Assembly: GCA_019116885.1 (NCBI GenBank)
Contig: DXAU01000070.1
Span: forward strand, 2,245-66,244
DNA: 64,000 nt
Source: Candidatus Mediterraneibacter pullistercoris
GTDB taxonomy: Bacteria > Bacillota > Clostridia > Lachnospirales > Lachnospiraceae
Direction of reading: 5' to 3'
A model generated the notes under the pieces. It was not told where the DNA came from. It was given only the letters and a program-made list of their open reading frames with translations, and ran no database searches. Both the position numbers and the translations under genes were made by a program. This document shows, piece after piece, positions 1-9,207 of this stretch (within the stretch, counting starts at the first letter, position 1; every line of letters starts with the position of its first letter).

Positions 1-176
1 CAAATTATAGCCATATGTGACTTTGGCATTGTACTTTCTCCGAGATGTAGACTATTCTAGTAAAGAGAGCAAAGATAATCGGTTACAGTGCAATTATTGA
101 AGGCGGGCGGGCATGACATGGATGCCTGCGAGCGATATGTGTACTATGCTCTGCAGGATTTCTTTGGCAGGGAGGA

Positions 177-419
177 ATGACAATGGAGAAAAAAACTTTA
201 TACAGGAGGAGCTGCCTGCTTCTGCTCAGCATTTGTATGGCTGCGGCAGTCAGCGGATGCAGGGGTGATTCCGGAAATACTGATGCAGCAGAAAGCAGAG
301 TGGGTGCGGAGCAGTCGGCATCTGCGGGAACATCCAGCTCTGATTCTGCAAAAAGCAGCACAGAGTTCACGCCGGTCAGCAGAACAACAAGAGTGCAGGA
401 TGGCAAGGCATTGAAATGA
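177..419 (+). CDS. small putative lipoprotein (80 aa), possibly a truncated remnant
   Basis: Signal peptide with lipobox AAVSGC, then a Ser/Ala/Glu-rich linker; the ORF ends early; a hairpin follows at 476-509. Confidence 0.4.
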   Translation: MTMEKKTLYRRSCLLLLSICMAAAVSGCRGDSGNTDAAESRVGAEQSASAGTSSSDSAKSSTEFTPVSRTTRVQDGKALK

Positions 420-475
420 CAAAGAGACAATGCCGGAGATGCTGCTGAAAAACTACAAAATACATGATTAAGTAC

Positions 476-509
476 AAAGCTGCCGTATCCGAACAGGAAC
501 GGCAGCTTT
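476..509 (+). terminator. hairpin after the small lipoprotein ORF
   Basis: 11-bp perfect stem aaagctgccgt / acggcagcttt with a 12-nt loop; no clear T-run afterwards. Confidence 0.3.
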
Positions 510-686
510 GAGTCTATTATGAAATACAAAAATAATCCATGATATGAACAGTCAGCAGCGGCGGAAAAACTGAGAAAAAGGAAGTGACAGATGATGATAG
601 AATCATATAGCGTTTGCCATATGTTTTTGGTACAATAAAGGCAGTAGAACTGCCACAGAAAAGCAAGCAAAAAGAGGGGCATTAAC

Positions 687-1274
687 ATGAATACACCGTG
701 TCTTGAAACAGACAGGCTGATATTAAGAAAGTTTACTGAGGACGATCTGGAAGCGCTGTATTACATTCACAGCGATGAGAAAGTGAACCGGTTTCTCCCG
801 TGGTTTCCGTTGAGGAATATGGAAGATGCCAGAGCATTTTATGAAGAACGGCTCATGAACAGGTACAAGGAAGAAAGGGCATATAATTATGCTGTCTGCC
901 TGAAAGAAAATGATTATCCTGTGGGATATGTCAATGTCAGTATGGATGACAGCTATGATTTCGGATATGGCCTGCGAAGGGAGTTCTGGCACCGGGGAAT
1001 CATCACGGAAGCAGGGAAAGCAGTTACCGGACAGTTGATAAGAGACGGAATCCCTTATATTACAGCGACCCATGATGTAAATAATCCGGGGAGCGGCAGT
1101 GTGATGAAGCGTCTCGGGATGAAATACAGGTATTCGTATCAAGAACAGTGGCAGCCGAAAAACATTCAGGTCATATTCCGGATGTATCAGCTCAATCTTG
1201 ACGGGAATGAAAGCAGGATTTATCAAAGATACTGGGATAAATCGGAGGTTCATTTTATTGAAAGAGATGTATAA
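687..1274 (+). CDS. GNAT N-acetyltransferase (RimJ/RimL-like)
   Basis: N-terminus LETDRLILRKFTEDDLEALY and core WHRGIITEA are typical of RimJ/RimL-type GNATs; 195-aa intact ORF. Confidence 0.85.
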   Translation: MNTPCLETDRLILRKFTEDDLEALYYIHSDEKVNRFLPWFPLRNMEDARAFYEERLMNRYKEERAYNYAVCLKENDYPVGYVNVSMDDSYDFGYGLRREFWHRGIITEAGKAVTGQLIRDGIPYITATHDVNNPGSGSVMKRLGMKYRYSYQEQWQPKNIQVIFRMYQLNLDGNESRIYQRYWDKSEVHFIERDV

Positions 1275-1466
1275 ATTTCAAGGAATATCTCGGTTTAAAT
1301 CCAATCGGCGTGGGTGACTGGTGGTACGCGAAAAGAATCGACTGTCTCATAGGGCAGGGGAAAATCAAGGTGGTTAAAGATTCGGGAAAGAAATATGCGA
1401 GACGGATCTGTCTTGCATGAAAATGACACAGAGCCTGAGAACGCAGAAGAAGTTATGGAGGAGCAT

Positions 1467-2069
1467 ATGGATTTCAGCAAGTTTAAATGGACAAGAGAAC
1501 CGGAAAGCTGCACGATAACAGACGAAACAGTGGAAATCGTTACAAAGCCTTATACAGATCTGTGGCAGAGGACATATTATCATTTCCGCAATGACAATGC
1601 GCCAGTCTTTCAGATGGAGACAGAAGAAAAATATTTCAGTTTCATAGTAAAGACTGAATTTGAAGAAAGCCATCACCGGTTTGACCAGTGCGGTATCGTT
1701 ATGTATCTGGACAGTGAGAACTGGCTGAAAGGATCTATTGAATATGAAAACGAAGAGTATCAGCATCTCGGAAGTGTAGTGACGAATAATGGATACTCGG
1801 ACTGGGCGACAACAGTCATAGGAGCTGATGTAAAGTCTATGTGGTATCGCTTCAGCCGCAGGGAGGATGATTACTGTATTGAGTGCTCTGAGGACGGGAG
1901 ACATTTTCAGCAGATGCGCATCTGTCATATGCACAGAGGTGACGGGAAAATACAGTTCGGCATCTATGCCTGTTCACCGGAGGAATCCTCATTTAAGGCT
2001 GTGTTCTCCCATATGAAGCTGACAGCGTGTCAGTGGAAAGCACATGACGGGCAGCAGCCGGATGAATGA
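1467..2069 (+). CDS. DUF1349 family protein (concanavalin-like fold)
   Basis: FKWTREPESC...TKPYTDLWQRTYY...DQCGIVMY pattern of DUF1349; start set at the ATG with GGAGGA about 5 nt upstream (the ORF extends to 1395). Confidence 0.7.
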   Translation: MDFSKFKWTREPESCTITDETVEIVTKPYTDLWQRTYYHFRNDNAPVFQMETEEKYFSFIVKTEFEESHHRFDQCGIVMYLDSENWLKGSIEYENEEYQHLGSVVTNNGYSDWATTVIGADVKSMWYRFSRREDDYCIECSEDGRHFQQMRICHMHRGDGKIQFGIYACSPEESSFKAVFSHMKLTACQWKAHDGQQPDE

Positions 2070-2689
2070 TCGGGCGGTATGTAGAGATGAAGAATAAAAG
2101 GAAATCGATACATAAGATTCTGCTTGTGTTCACGGCGCTGATCTTTATTTATATCGGAAAAAATATTTATGATATCTGGTCTTTTAGTGCAGTGGATCAG
2201 AAGTGCAGGGCGGATGTGGCTGTCATCCTTGGCGCAGCGGTATATGATGACGAGCCCTCTCCGGTGTACAGAGAGCGCATTAATCACGGCATTACACTGT
2301 ATAACGAGGGATATGTGGACAGAATTATCGTTACAGGGGGAGCACCTGAGGGTTCGGAAGTATCCGAGGCAGAGGTGGCGAAGTTATATCTTCTGGAGCA
2401 GGGAGTCCCGGAAGAGGCAGTTCTCACAGAGAATACATCGACGATTACGCAGGAGAATCTTGAAAACTCGAGAGTGATCATGGATGAAAATAATTATGAG
2501 ACCGCAATCATCGTGAGCGACCCTCTGCACATGAAACGGGCAATGCTTCTGGCGGAGGATGCGGGGATCAAAGCATACAGTTCACCTACACCCTCTACGA
2601 GATACGTCAGCCTGAGTACAAAAATCCCATTTCTTGCAAGAGAAACATTTTACTATATAGGATATAAGTGGTATCGATTATTTTTCTGA
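2066..2689 (+). CDS. YdcF/DUF218 (ElyC/SanA-like) family protein
   Basis: N-terminal TM helix, then VAVILGAAVY...RIIVTGG...IVSDPLHMKRA as in DUF218; ATGA overlap with the preceding stop. Confidence 0.8.
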   Translation: MIGRYVEMKNKRKSIHKILLVFTALIFIYIGKNIYDIWSFSAVDQKCRADVAVILGAAVYDDEPSPVYRERINHGITLYNEGYVDRIIVTGGAPEGSEVSEAEVAKLYLLEQGVPEEAVLTENTSTITQENLENSRVIMDENNYETAIIVSDPLHMKRAMLLAEDAGIKAYSSPTPSTRYVSLSTKIPFLARETFYYIGYKWYRLFF

Positions 2690-2762
2690 AAATAGTATAG
2701 CAGACATTTCTCAGATGCTGTAACTATATATAGAAATTAGATGATGAGAAGGAGTGCAGAAG

Positions 2763-3101
2763 ATGATCATAGATGGAAATCAGAAAGAACTTGACGCAAT
2801 GAAAGAATTTCACAAAGGAAACCGCAAAGAAGGGCTCAGACTTCAGGAAGAATTCGCTGCCCAATTCAGGGAAGAGTATAAGGATAAAGATCACTGTCCC
2901 TGCAAGAAAGCCTGCCGCTATCACGGCAACTGCAAGGAGTGCGTAGCGATACACAGGGCGCATCAGGAGCATGTTCCAAACTGCATGAGGCCGCTGCTCA
3001 ATAAGAAGATAAGGCTTCTTTCCGAACTTACGGAACATACGATTGCAAATGAGATCGAACCGCCCAAGGAAGTGCTGAGAAAGGAATTTCAACAGGATTA
3101 A
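2763..3101 (+). CDS. hypothetical Cys/His-rich cytosolic protein
   Basis: HCPCKKACRYHGNCKECVAIHRAHQEHVPNC metal-binding-like cluster; AGAAGGAG lies 8 nt before this ATG (the ORF caller started at a GTG abutting the RBS). Confidence 0.5.
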   Translation: MIIDGNQKELDAMKEFHKGNRKEGLRLQEEFAAQFREEYKDKDHCPCKKACRYHGNCKECVAIHRAHQEHVPNCMRPLLNKKIRLLSELTEHTIANEIEPPKEVLRKEFQQD

Positions 3102-3148
3102 ACGGTCAGATGAAAGATCTCTGACAGGTACGGAAAGAAGAAAGGCAT

Positions 3149-3688
3149 ATGAGAAAGTCAGTTTCGGCTATGAAAAATAAAACAAAAAGACTCTATCTGA
3201 TCGGCGGGCCTATGGGCGTAGGCAAAACGACAGCCGGACAGCTTCTGAAAATAAAACTGGACAACTGTGTGTTTCTTGACGGCGACTGGAGCTGGGATAT
3301 GGAACCGTTCCAGGTGACAACGGAAACAAAGAAAATGGTTATAGAGAATATATGCTTTCTGTTGAATAACTTTATCCGCTGTCCTGCATATGAAAATATT
3401 ATATTTTCCTGGGTGATGCAGGAACAGATGATCGTGGATAATATTATATCCCGGCTGAATACGGAGAACTGTAGTATCATAAAAATATCTCTTATCTGCA
3501 CAGAGAAGACGCTTCGGGAAAGACTGGAAAAGGATGTGGCGGACGGAGTCCGGAAATCAGACGTAATTGCGAGAGGTCTTGCCTATCTCCCTCTATATTC
3601 AAAAGTAGGAAGTGTGAAAATAGATACATCGGAAAAAACACCAGAAGAGGTAGTGCAAGAGATTATAAATGAGTCAGATAATGGTTAA
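3149..3688 (+). CDS. P-loop NTPase / small-molecule kinase-like protein
   Basis: Walker A GGPMGVGKTT near the N-terminus; about 180 aa, consistent with nucleotide/shikimate-kinase-like folds. Confidence 0.6.
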   Translation: MRKSVSAMKNKTKRLYLIGGPMGVGKTTAGQLLKIKLDNCVFLDGDWSWDMEPFQVTTETKKMVIENICFLLNNFIRCPAYENIIFSWVMQEQMIVDNIISRLNTENCSIIKISLICTEKTLRERLEKDVADGVRKSDVIARGLAYLPLYSKVGSVKIDTSEKTPEEVVQEIINESDNG

Positions 3689-3713
3689 ATTACAACGAGG
3701 AGAGTGCGGGACT

Positions 3714-4240
3714 ATGAAGAAATTAATACTTGTATCTATGCTTTATCAGGTTACGGATCTGGTGCGGACGACCGCACGGGAACTGTAAGGGAAAACTGTG
3801 ACATACATTCCTACGGCAGGTATTGCAGAAGAAGTTGAAGGAATGGTTGAGGAGGAAACGAGTACTCTGGAAAGTCTCGGGCTGACGGTCGAACATTTTT
3901 CCTGTTACAGGAATTAAGGCGTTCAAGGGCGGATCAGATACTGATCCGGGAAGTAGAAAAAGGGAAATTGTACATAGGAGAATCAGCCGGTTCTATTATA
4001 GCCTGTCCGGATATCGGGTACTGTGCAGATATGGACAGCCCGGAGAAAGCTCCTGATCTGACCGATTATGCTGGCTTGAATCTGGTGGATTTCTATATCG
4101 TGCCCCATATCGGGAACGAGGAAATGGGAGAATCGGCGGAGAAAGCAGTTGAGAAATATAGTTCTGAACTTGAATTAAAAGCAATAACAGATGAACAAGT
4201 GATCCTGGTAGAAGATGGCAGAGTTCAAATTTTAAACTGA
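3714..4240 (+). pseudogene. decayed peptidase E / S51 family (type 1 glutamine amidotransferase-like) gene
   Basis: MKKLILVS... with a good RBS hits an in-frame TAA at 3786-3788. Reading resumes GKTVTYIPTAGIAEE...LESLGLTVEH, then shifts frame to TFFLLQEL..GADQILIREVEKGKLYIGESAGSIIACPDI. The expected segment before GGNTF is missing. Confidence 0.7.
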
Positions 4241-4267
4241 CAGTCTTGTCTTTACGGCATCGGGAAG

Positions 4268-4489
4268 ATGTGGGAGGAGGAAAGAATGATGAAATGTCCA
4301 TATTGTGGAAATGAGATGCAGGAAGGAAAGATCTGTGCGATCGGCAGTGGTGCGGCGCTGGAGTGGAAAGAAAGAGGGGAGTCTTTCAGACTGAACAGCG
4401 AACCGAAGATGGTGGCGGTCATGAATGGAGACCGTATATCAGGATACCGGTGTGGAAAATGCAGGAGAATTTTTGTGGAGTATGAATAA
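4268..4489 (+). CDS. small zinc-ribbon protein
   Basis: CPYCGNEM ... CGKCRRIF two CxxC pairs; about 70 aa. Confidence 0.5.
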   Translation: MWEEERMMKCPYCGNEMQEGKICAIGSGAALEWKERGESFRLNSEPKMVAVMNGDRISGYRCGKCRRIFVEYE

Positions 4490-4511
4490 AAAGACAGGGA
4501 TAGAGTGCGTT

Positions 4512-5018
4512 ATGGCTCAGGAAAAGAAAGAACAAGTTATAGAAGTGAAATTGGGGCCGGGTCTAAGAGAAATCGGCGATCTTCAGACTTTATTAAAAAA
4601 ATGTATAGATCAGGGGTTCCCGCTTGTCGCAATAAGCCGGGCAACGAAGCTGCCGGAAGCGGAACTGCAGGAATACCTGAACGGCAGTCTGCCGTCGGAT
4701 TTTTCCAGGACAGAGTATCTTCATGTATTTCTGATACTCCTGCTCCATGAAAAGCCTGTATCGGATACATATTATCGAGACCTGATGGACGGGCTGATCC
4801 GTGTCTTTGAAATCCCGGAAGAGACAATTGCCCGGTATGCCGATGTGAGCGCCGATGAGCTGAATGGATTTGAAAAAAGTGATAAGAGAGAACATATCGA
4901 GAGATGTATCGCCCATCTTTTTGTTACATTTATGAGGGATTCCAGATTTACGTGTGAAAACGGGCTATGGGTGACCAAAGGCTGTGGGGAATCGGAGCAG
5001 AAAGAAGAGAATCAATGA
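4512..5018 (+). CDS. hypothetical protein, possible HTH-containing
   Basis: Intact ORF whose stop overlaps the next start (ATGA); AISRATKLPEAELQEYLNG resembles a helix-turn-helix; start uncertain (4482 is also possible). Confidence 0.45.
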   Translation: MAQEKKEQVIEVKLGPGLREIGDLQTLLKKCIDQGFPLVAISRATKLPEAELQEYLNGSLPSDFSRTEYLHVFLILLLHEKPVSDTYYRDLMDGLIRVFEIPEETIARYADVSADELNGFEKSDKREHIERCIAHLFVTFMRDSRFTCENGLWVTKGCGESEQKEENQ

Positions 5019-5509
5019 GACGAGACCTTATGGATGAACAGAAAAAGATCAGAGAAATCAAAGAGAATAAAAAGCAGTATTTAGATCTGCTCCTCCTGGC
5101 AGATGAGCAGGAGGACATGATCGACCGTTATCTTGAAAGGGGAACGATGTATGTTCTGGATGACGATGGCATAAAAGCAGAGTGTGTCGTGACCGATGAG
5201 GGTGGCGGAATACTGGAGATTAAGAACCTGGCCGTTGCGCCCGGCAGTCAGAGATGCGGATATGGAAGAAAGATGATTCGATTTCTTTCAGATGTTTACA
5301 GCGGACGTTTTGACATTCTTCAGGTCGGTACAGGAGACAGCCCCTTGACGATTCCGTTTTATGAGAACTGCGGATTCAGGAGATCACACGTAGTTAAGGG
5401 TTTTTTCACAGAGCACTATGACCATCCGATCTACGAGAACGGGCGTCATCTTACAGATATGGTATATCTGAGAATGAGACTGCGCGCAGAAACCGATCCG
5501 GGAAAATAA
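5015..5509 (+). CDS. GNAT N-acetyltransferase (YvbK-like)
   Basis: YLDLLLLADEQEDMIDRYLERG and IKNLAV.PGSQRCGYGRKMI acetyl-CoA-binding motif. Confidence 0.8.
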   Translation: MRRDLMDEQKKIREIKENKKQYLDLLLLADEQEDMIDRYLERGTMYVLDDDGIKAECVVTDEGGGILEIKNLAVAPGSQRCGYGRKMIRFLSDVYSGRFDILQVGTGDSPLTIPFYENCGFRRSHVVKGFFTEHYDHPIYENGRHLTDMVYLRMRLRAETDPGK

Positions 5510-5522
5510 TTGGAGAATAGGC

Positions 5523-6101
5523 ATGAAACTATACTATAAAGGGAAATATGACTTGAATCCGGAGTCTTTGCCGTGCGGTGAACATAAGAAGGGGGCTGTC
5601 AGATTTAAAGAGGCAGAAGACACAAAAGAACTTGCCGTGATCGCAAATGTTCTTTGCCTTGTGCTCATAATCGTGTTGGCGGTTTTGGCATTTATCCGAT
5701 GCAGGCATTATATTGAGGGGAACATCTGGCAGATGCTTGTTGGAGCTCTGGCTTCACAGGCTGTAATTTTTCCGCATGAACTTCTACACGCAGTCTGCTT
5801 TAAGGGTGATGTGTATCTCTATACCAACTGGGCCCAGGGAATATTGTTTGTTGTCGGGCCAGAGACGATGAGCAAGGCAAGATTTGTAGTGATGTCTCTG
5901 CTGCCGAATATTGTATTCGGATTTATTCCTTTTATGGTCGGAATGATTTACCCGCACTGTCTGCTATTGACGGTGTTGGGAATCTGCGCGACAGGGATGG
6001 GAGCAGGGGATTATTATAACGTATACAATGCTGTGACACAGATGCCGAAAGGCGCAAGGACGTACCTGTATCAGTTTCATTCTTACTGGTATATGCCTTG
6101 A
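5523..6101 (+). CDS. DUF3267 membrane protein (putative zincin-like)
   Basis: TM helices plus FPHELLHA (HExxH) as in DUF3267. Confidence 0.65.
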   Translation: MKLYYKGKYDLNPESLPCGEHKKGAVRFKEAEDTKELAVIANVLCLVLIIVLAVLAFIRCRHYIEGNIWQMLVGALASQAVIFPHELLHAVCFKGDVYLYTNWAQGILFVVGPETMSKARFVVMSLLPNIVFGFIPFMVGMIYPHCLLLTVLGICATGMGAGDYYNVYNAVTQMPKGARTYLYQFHSYWYMP

Positions 6102-6143
6102 CATTGTACACACAGCCTGAGAAAAATAGAAGGAGAAAAAATT

Positions 6144-6800
6144 ATGGATGAATTGCGTACAGAGCAAATGGAAAAGCATACTGACGGAATGGGAGAACCT
6201 GTGACAACACCGGCGGTGAATACCGCCCTGCTGGCAAAATGGCTGAACGCGCTGTTCTGGCTTATCATTGCAGCGAACATTGCGGATCTGTTCACGGGTG
6301 AAAGCGTGACAAAAGCAGCGCCGCTGCTTTCGCTGGCAGGACAGATCATCGGCATCGCGGCAAATTTGATTTATGGTGTGATCCTGTTGAAAATCTCATC
6401 TGAGAGCTCGTACTACCGCAAGGCTGCGATTTATTTTTTCATCATTTTTGTGGTGGGCATCGTATGGATGCCGATATCTGATGGAACGGCTATGCTGCTG
6501 GAGATTCCTGTATCGATCGTCAGCATCGTGATCGGCATGGCCGGGGAATATTATGAGATCAGGGGACATGCTGACGTCCTGAGAGATGTGGACAATCTGC
6601 GCTCAGAGAAATGGTACAGGCTGTGGAGATGGTATGTGGGAATACTTATAGGCATTATTATTGGAACAGTCACCGCTATAGTGCTGCCGCTGTTAGGCCT
6701 GCTGATTGTACTGGCATCGACGATCGGAATGTTGGTTGTGACCGTGCTGAAGATCGTGTATATCTATAAAATGGCAAAAGTATTTCTCCGCTGGAGCTGA
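6144..6800 (+). CDS. hypothetical multi-pass membrane protein
   Basis: 218-aa ORF with about 5 hydrophobic helices; no recognisable motif. Confidence 0.5.
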   Translation: MDELRTEQMEKHTDGMGEPVTTPAVNTALLAKWLNALFWLIIAANIADLFTGESVTKAAPLLSLAGQIIGIAANLIYGVILLKISSESSYYRKAAIYFFIIFVVGIVWMPISDGTAMLLEIPVSIVSIVIGMAGEYYEIRGHADVLRDVDNLRSEKWYRLWRWYVGILIGIIIGTVTAIVLPLLGLLIVLASTIGMLVVTVLKIVYIYKMAKVFLRWS

Positions 6801-6813
6801 CGGTATAAAAAAG

Positions 6814-6842
6814 TTGACATGCATTTCGGATAATTTTATAAT
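6814..6842 (+). promoter_or_regulatory. sigma-A type promoter
   Basis: TTGACA (6814-6819), 17-nt spacer, TATAAT (6837-6842): a perfect consensus upstream of the acyltransferase gene. Confidence 0.55.
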
Positions 6843-6900
6843 GAACCCGTAATTTGCAGCGGTTTTAAGTAGCAAAGAGATGAATCACAGGAAGAGGAAT

Positions 6901-6942
6901 ATGATGTTTTCGTTTTATAAACATCATTTGGGATTATTATGA
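6901..6942 (+). promoter_or_regulatory. candidate 13-codon leader ORF (MMFSFYKHHLGLL)
   Basis: AGGAAGAGGA RBS directly upstream; its TGA (6940-6942) overlaps the ATG (6939-6941) of the acyltransferase, which has no RBS of its own; a 9-bp hairpin atgatgttt/aaacatcat lies within it. Confidence 0.3.
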
Positions 6943-8021
6943 AAACAAAAAGAATAGAATATTTAGATTTTATAAAGGCAAATGCCATAATGCTTGTAGT
7001 GTTTTGTCATAAAGTGGCATTATCCGACAGTTCCATTTTAGGAAATATTATGATGGCAGTCGCGTGGGCCGCAGTCCCCAATTTTTTCTTTGTCATGGGC
7101 GGCCTGATGCACCAGGCGAAGAAGCTGGACTGGAAAAAGCACATTCACAGAATATTGCATGCATATGCGGTTTTGTGTATCTGGAAAGTGATCTATTTAA
7201 TATTTTTCTCACTCGTCAGAGAGGTCTCTTATTCCAAGGTTGAGCTGATTAAGTATATTTTCCTGACGGATGAGATTAAAAATGTAGAAACAAACATGAT
7301 GTGGTTCATGTATGCATATTTAGCCGTATTGATATTTTTCCCTGTTAGTTATTATCTTTTTAAAGGAGAAAAAGAGGGAAAAAGAATTCTTGGTTTTGTT
7401 TTGATTGTTTTATTCATACAGAGCTTTTTGATATCGGCTGTCAATTTCTGTTTTGAAAACTGGTCTGCGATTACCGGACGCAATCTGCTGCAGATATCGA
7501 TATCCAGGTTCGTTCCATTCGGCGGATATTCCAATATGGTCTTTTTCTTTATTGCGGGAGCATTTTTGTTTCAGTACCGGGATAAGATTAATTGCTGGAT
7601 TGAAGAAAAAGCATGGAGAAAGTGGATTCCTTTTCTCCTGTTTGTGGCAGGCACAGCAGGACTTGTATTTATAAAGTATTGTGAGACAGGACTTATCAGC
7701 TGGGGAGGCGTTTATATCAGCGCCGGATACAACAGAGTTTCTACTGTTTTGATTGCATTTGGACTCTATTTCATCTTACAAAGCTGGAAGATTGGAAAAG
7801 TTGGCCATTTTCTTGCTAAATATGTGGGAACGGCGACAATGGGTATTTATTTCGTGCACAGGCCGATTTTAGTATTGTTTGAGAACCAATTTCAAAAATA
7901 TTATGAAATATATGGTTCTTTTGGTTTGAATGTATTAAAAACAGTCGCTGCAGTTGTAATTTGTGTTTTGGTTATTATGGTTGTGAAGAAAATCCCCGTA
8001 GTGAAAGAGCTTGTGAAGTAG
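6939..8021 (+). CDS. acyltransferase 3 family membrane O-acyltransferase
   Basis: LDFIKANAIMLVVFCHK N-terminal motif and about 10 TM helices; 360 aa. Confidence 0.8.
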   Translation: MKTKRIEYLDFIKANAIMLVVFCHKVALSDSSILGNIMMAVAWAAVPNFFFVMGGLMHQAKKLDWKKHIHRILHAYAVLCIWKVIYLIFFSLVREVSYSKVELIKYIFLTDEIKNVETNMMWFMYAYLAVLIFFPVSYYLFKGEKEGKRILGFVLIVLFIQSFLISAVNFCFENWSAITGRNLLQISISRFVPFGGYSNMVFFFIAGAFLFQYRDKINCWIEEKAWRKWIPFLLFVAGTAGLVFIKYCETGLISWGGVYISAGYNRVSTVLIAFGLYFILQSWKIGKVGHFLAKYVGTATMGIYFVHRPILVLFENQFQKYYEIYGSFGLNVLKTVAAVVICVLVIMVVKKIPVVKELVK

Positions 8022-8068
8022 AATCATATATCCGGACAGAAAATAAACAAATTAGCGGGAGAATAAAA

Positions 8069-8704
8069 ATGTTTAAGATCAGAAATGAAAAAGAGGAAGA
8101 CTATAAAATCGTAGAAAATATTACAAGAAAGGCGTTTTACAATGTATATGTCCCGGGATGCATGGAACATTATCTCGTTCATATTATGCGAGGGCATGAG
8201 GATTTTGTGTCAGAGCTTGACTTTGTGGCGGAACTGGACGGCCAGGTGATCGGGAATATTATGTATACGAAAGCAAAACTGACAGATGAAAACGGAGGGG
8301 AGAAAGAGATCCTTACGTTTGGACCTGTCAGTATCCTTCCGGAGTATCAGAGAAACGGATACGGGAAAAGACTGATCGAACATTCTGTCCGCAGAGCGGC
8401 GGAGCTTGGCTATGATGTGATCGTGATATTCGGAAGTCCGGCAAATTATGTGAGCTGCGGCTTTGAATGTTGTAAGAAACATAATGTCTGTGTGGAAGGT
8501 GGGAAATATCCGGCGGCGATGCTGGTAAAAGAACTGAAGCCGGGAGCGCTGGACGGGAGAAAGTGGTATTATTCAGACAGCCCCGTGATGAGTGTAGACG
8601 AAGAGAAAGCGGCGACATACGACGACAGTCTTGAAAAAATGGAGAAGAAGTGGACGCCCGGCCAGGAGGCGTTTTATATTATGAGCCATTCATTTGTGGA
8701 GTAA
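8069..8704 (+). CDS. GNAT N-acetyltransferase (YhbS-like)
   Basis: IRNEKEEDY..VENITRKAF and PEYQRNGYGKRLIEH acetyl-CoA motif; GGGAGA RBS 8 nt upstream. Confidence 0.8.
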   Translation: MFKIRNEKEEDYKIVENITRKAFYNVYVPGCMEHYLVHIMRGHEDFVSELDFVAELDGQVIGNIMYTKAKLTDENGGEKEILTFGPVSILPEYQRNGYGKRLIEHSVRRAAELGYDVIVIFGSPANYVSCGFECCKKHNVCVEGGKYPAAMLVKELKPGALDGRKWYYSDSPVMSVDEEKAATYDDSLEKMEKKWTPGQEAFYIMSHSFVE

Positions 8705-8709
8705 GATCT

Positions 8710-9141
8710 ATGATAAGAAGATTGCAGAAAACAGATATTGACATAGTCTCACAGATCTGGCTGACCGCAAACAGAGAGGCTCATAATTTTGTTCCGGCAG
8801 AGTATTGGGAGAACAATTTCATACCCGTAAAGGAAATGCTCCTGCAGGCGGAAGTGTATGTTTATGAAGATGAGAACAGTAATGAAATATACGGATTTAT
8901 CGGCCTGGAAGATGCGTATATAGCAGGTGTTTTTGTCCGAAGAGAGCTCCGGTCAAAAGGAACAGGACGGGCGCTGCTGGATTATGTGAAAGAGAGAAAG
9001 AAAGAACTTACACTGCATGTATATGCGAAAAATGAAAGAGCTGTCAGATTTTATCAGCGTGAAGGATTTCAGATTCTTGAGAAAATGACAGATGAAGCCA
9101 CGGGAGAGGAAGAGTACCTGATGGGATGGAAACGGAACTAA
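8710..9141 (+). CDS. GNAT N-acetyltransferase
   Basis: RRELRSKGTGRALLDYV and ERAVRFYQREGF motifs; 143 aa. Confidence 0.8.
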   Translation: MIRRLQKTDIDIVSQIWLTANREAHNFVPAEYWENNFIPVKEMLLQAEVYVYEDENSNEIYGFIGLEDAYIAGVFVRRELRSKGTGRALLDYVKERKKELTLHVYAKNERAVRFYQREGFQILEKMTDEATGEEEYLMGWKRN

Positions 9142-9207
9142 GTCGCCGAAAGGAGACGGATATCGATAATATATCGATTCTGATTCAGAAAGAAAGGGGC
9201 ATCCGTT

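Noticed and set aside
4268-5509. Zinc-ribbon + HTH-like + GNAT trio as a GNAT-toxin type II toxin-antitoxin system (TacT/AtaT-like)
   Set aside because: The GNAT matches the housekeeping YvbK-like pattern (DLLLLADEQEDMIDRYLERG), not tRNA-acetylating toxins. The upstream protein is 168 aa and does not look like an RHH/DUF1778 antitoxin. The overlapping stop/start alone is not sufficient.
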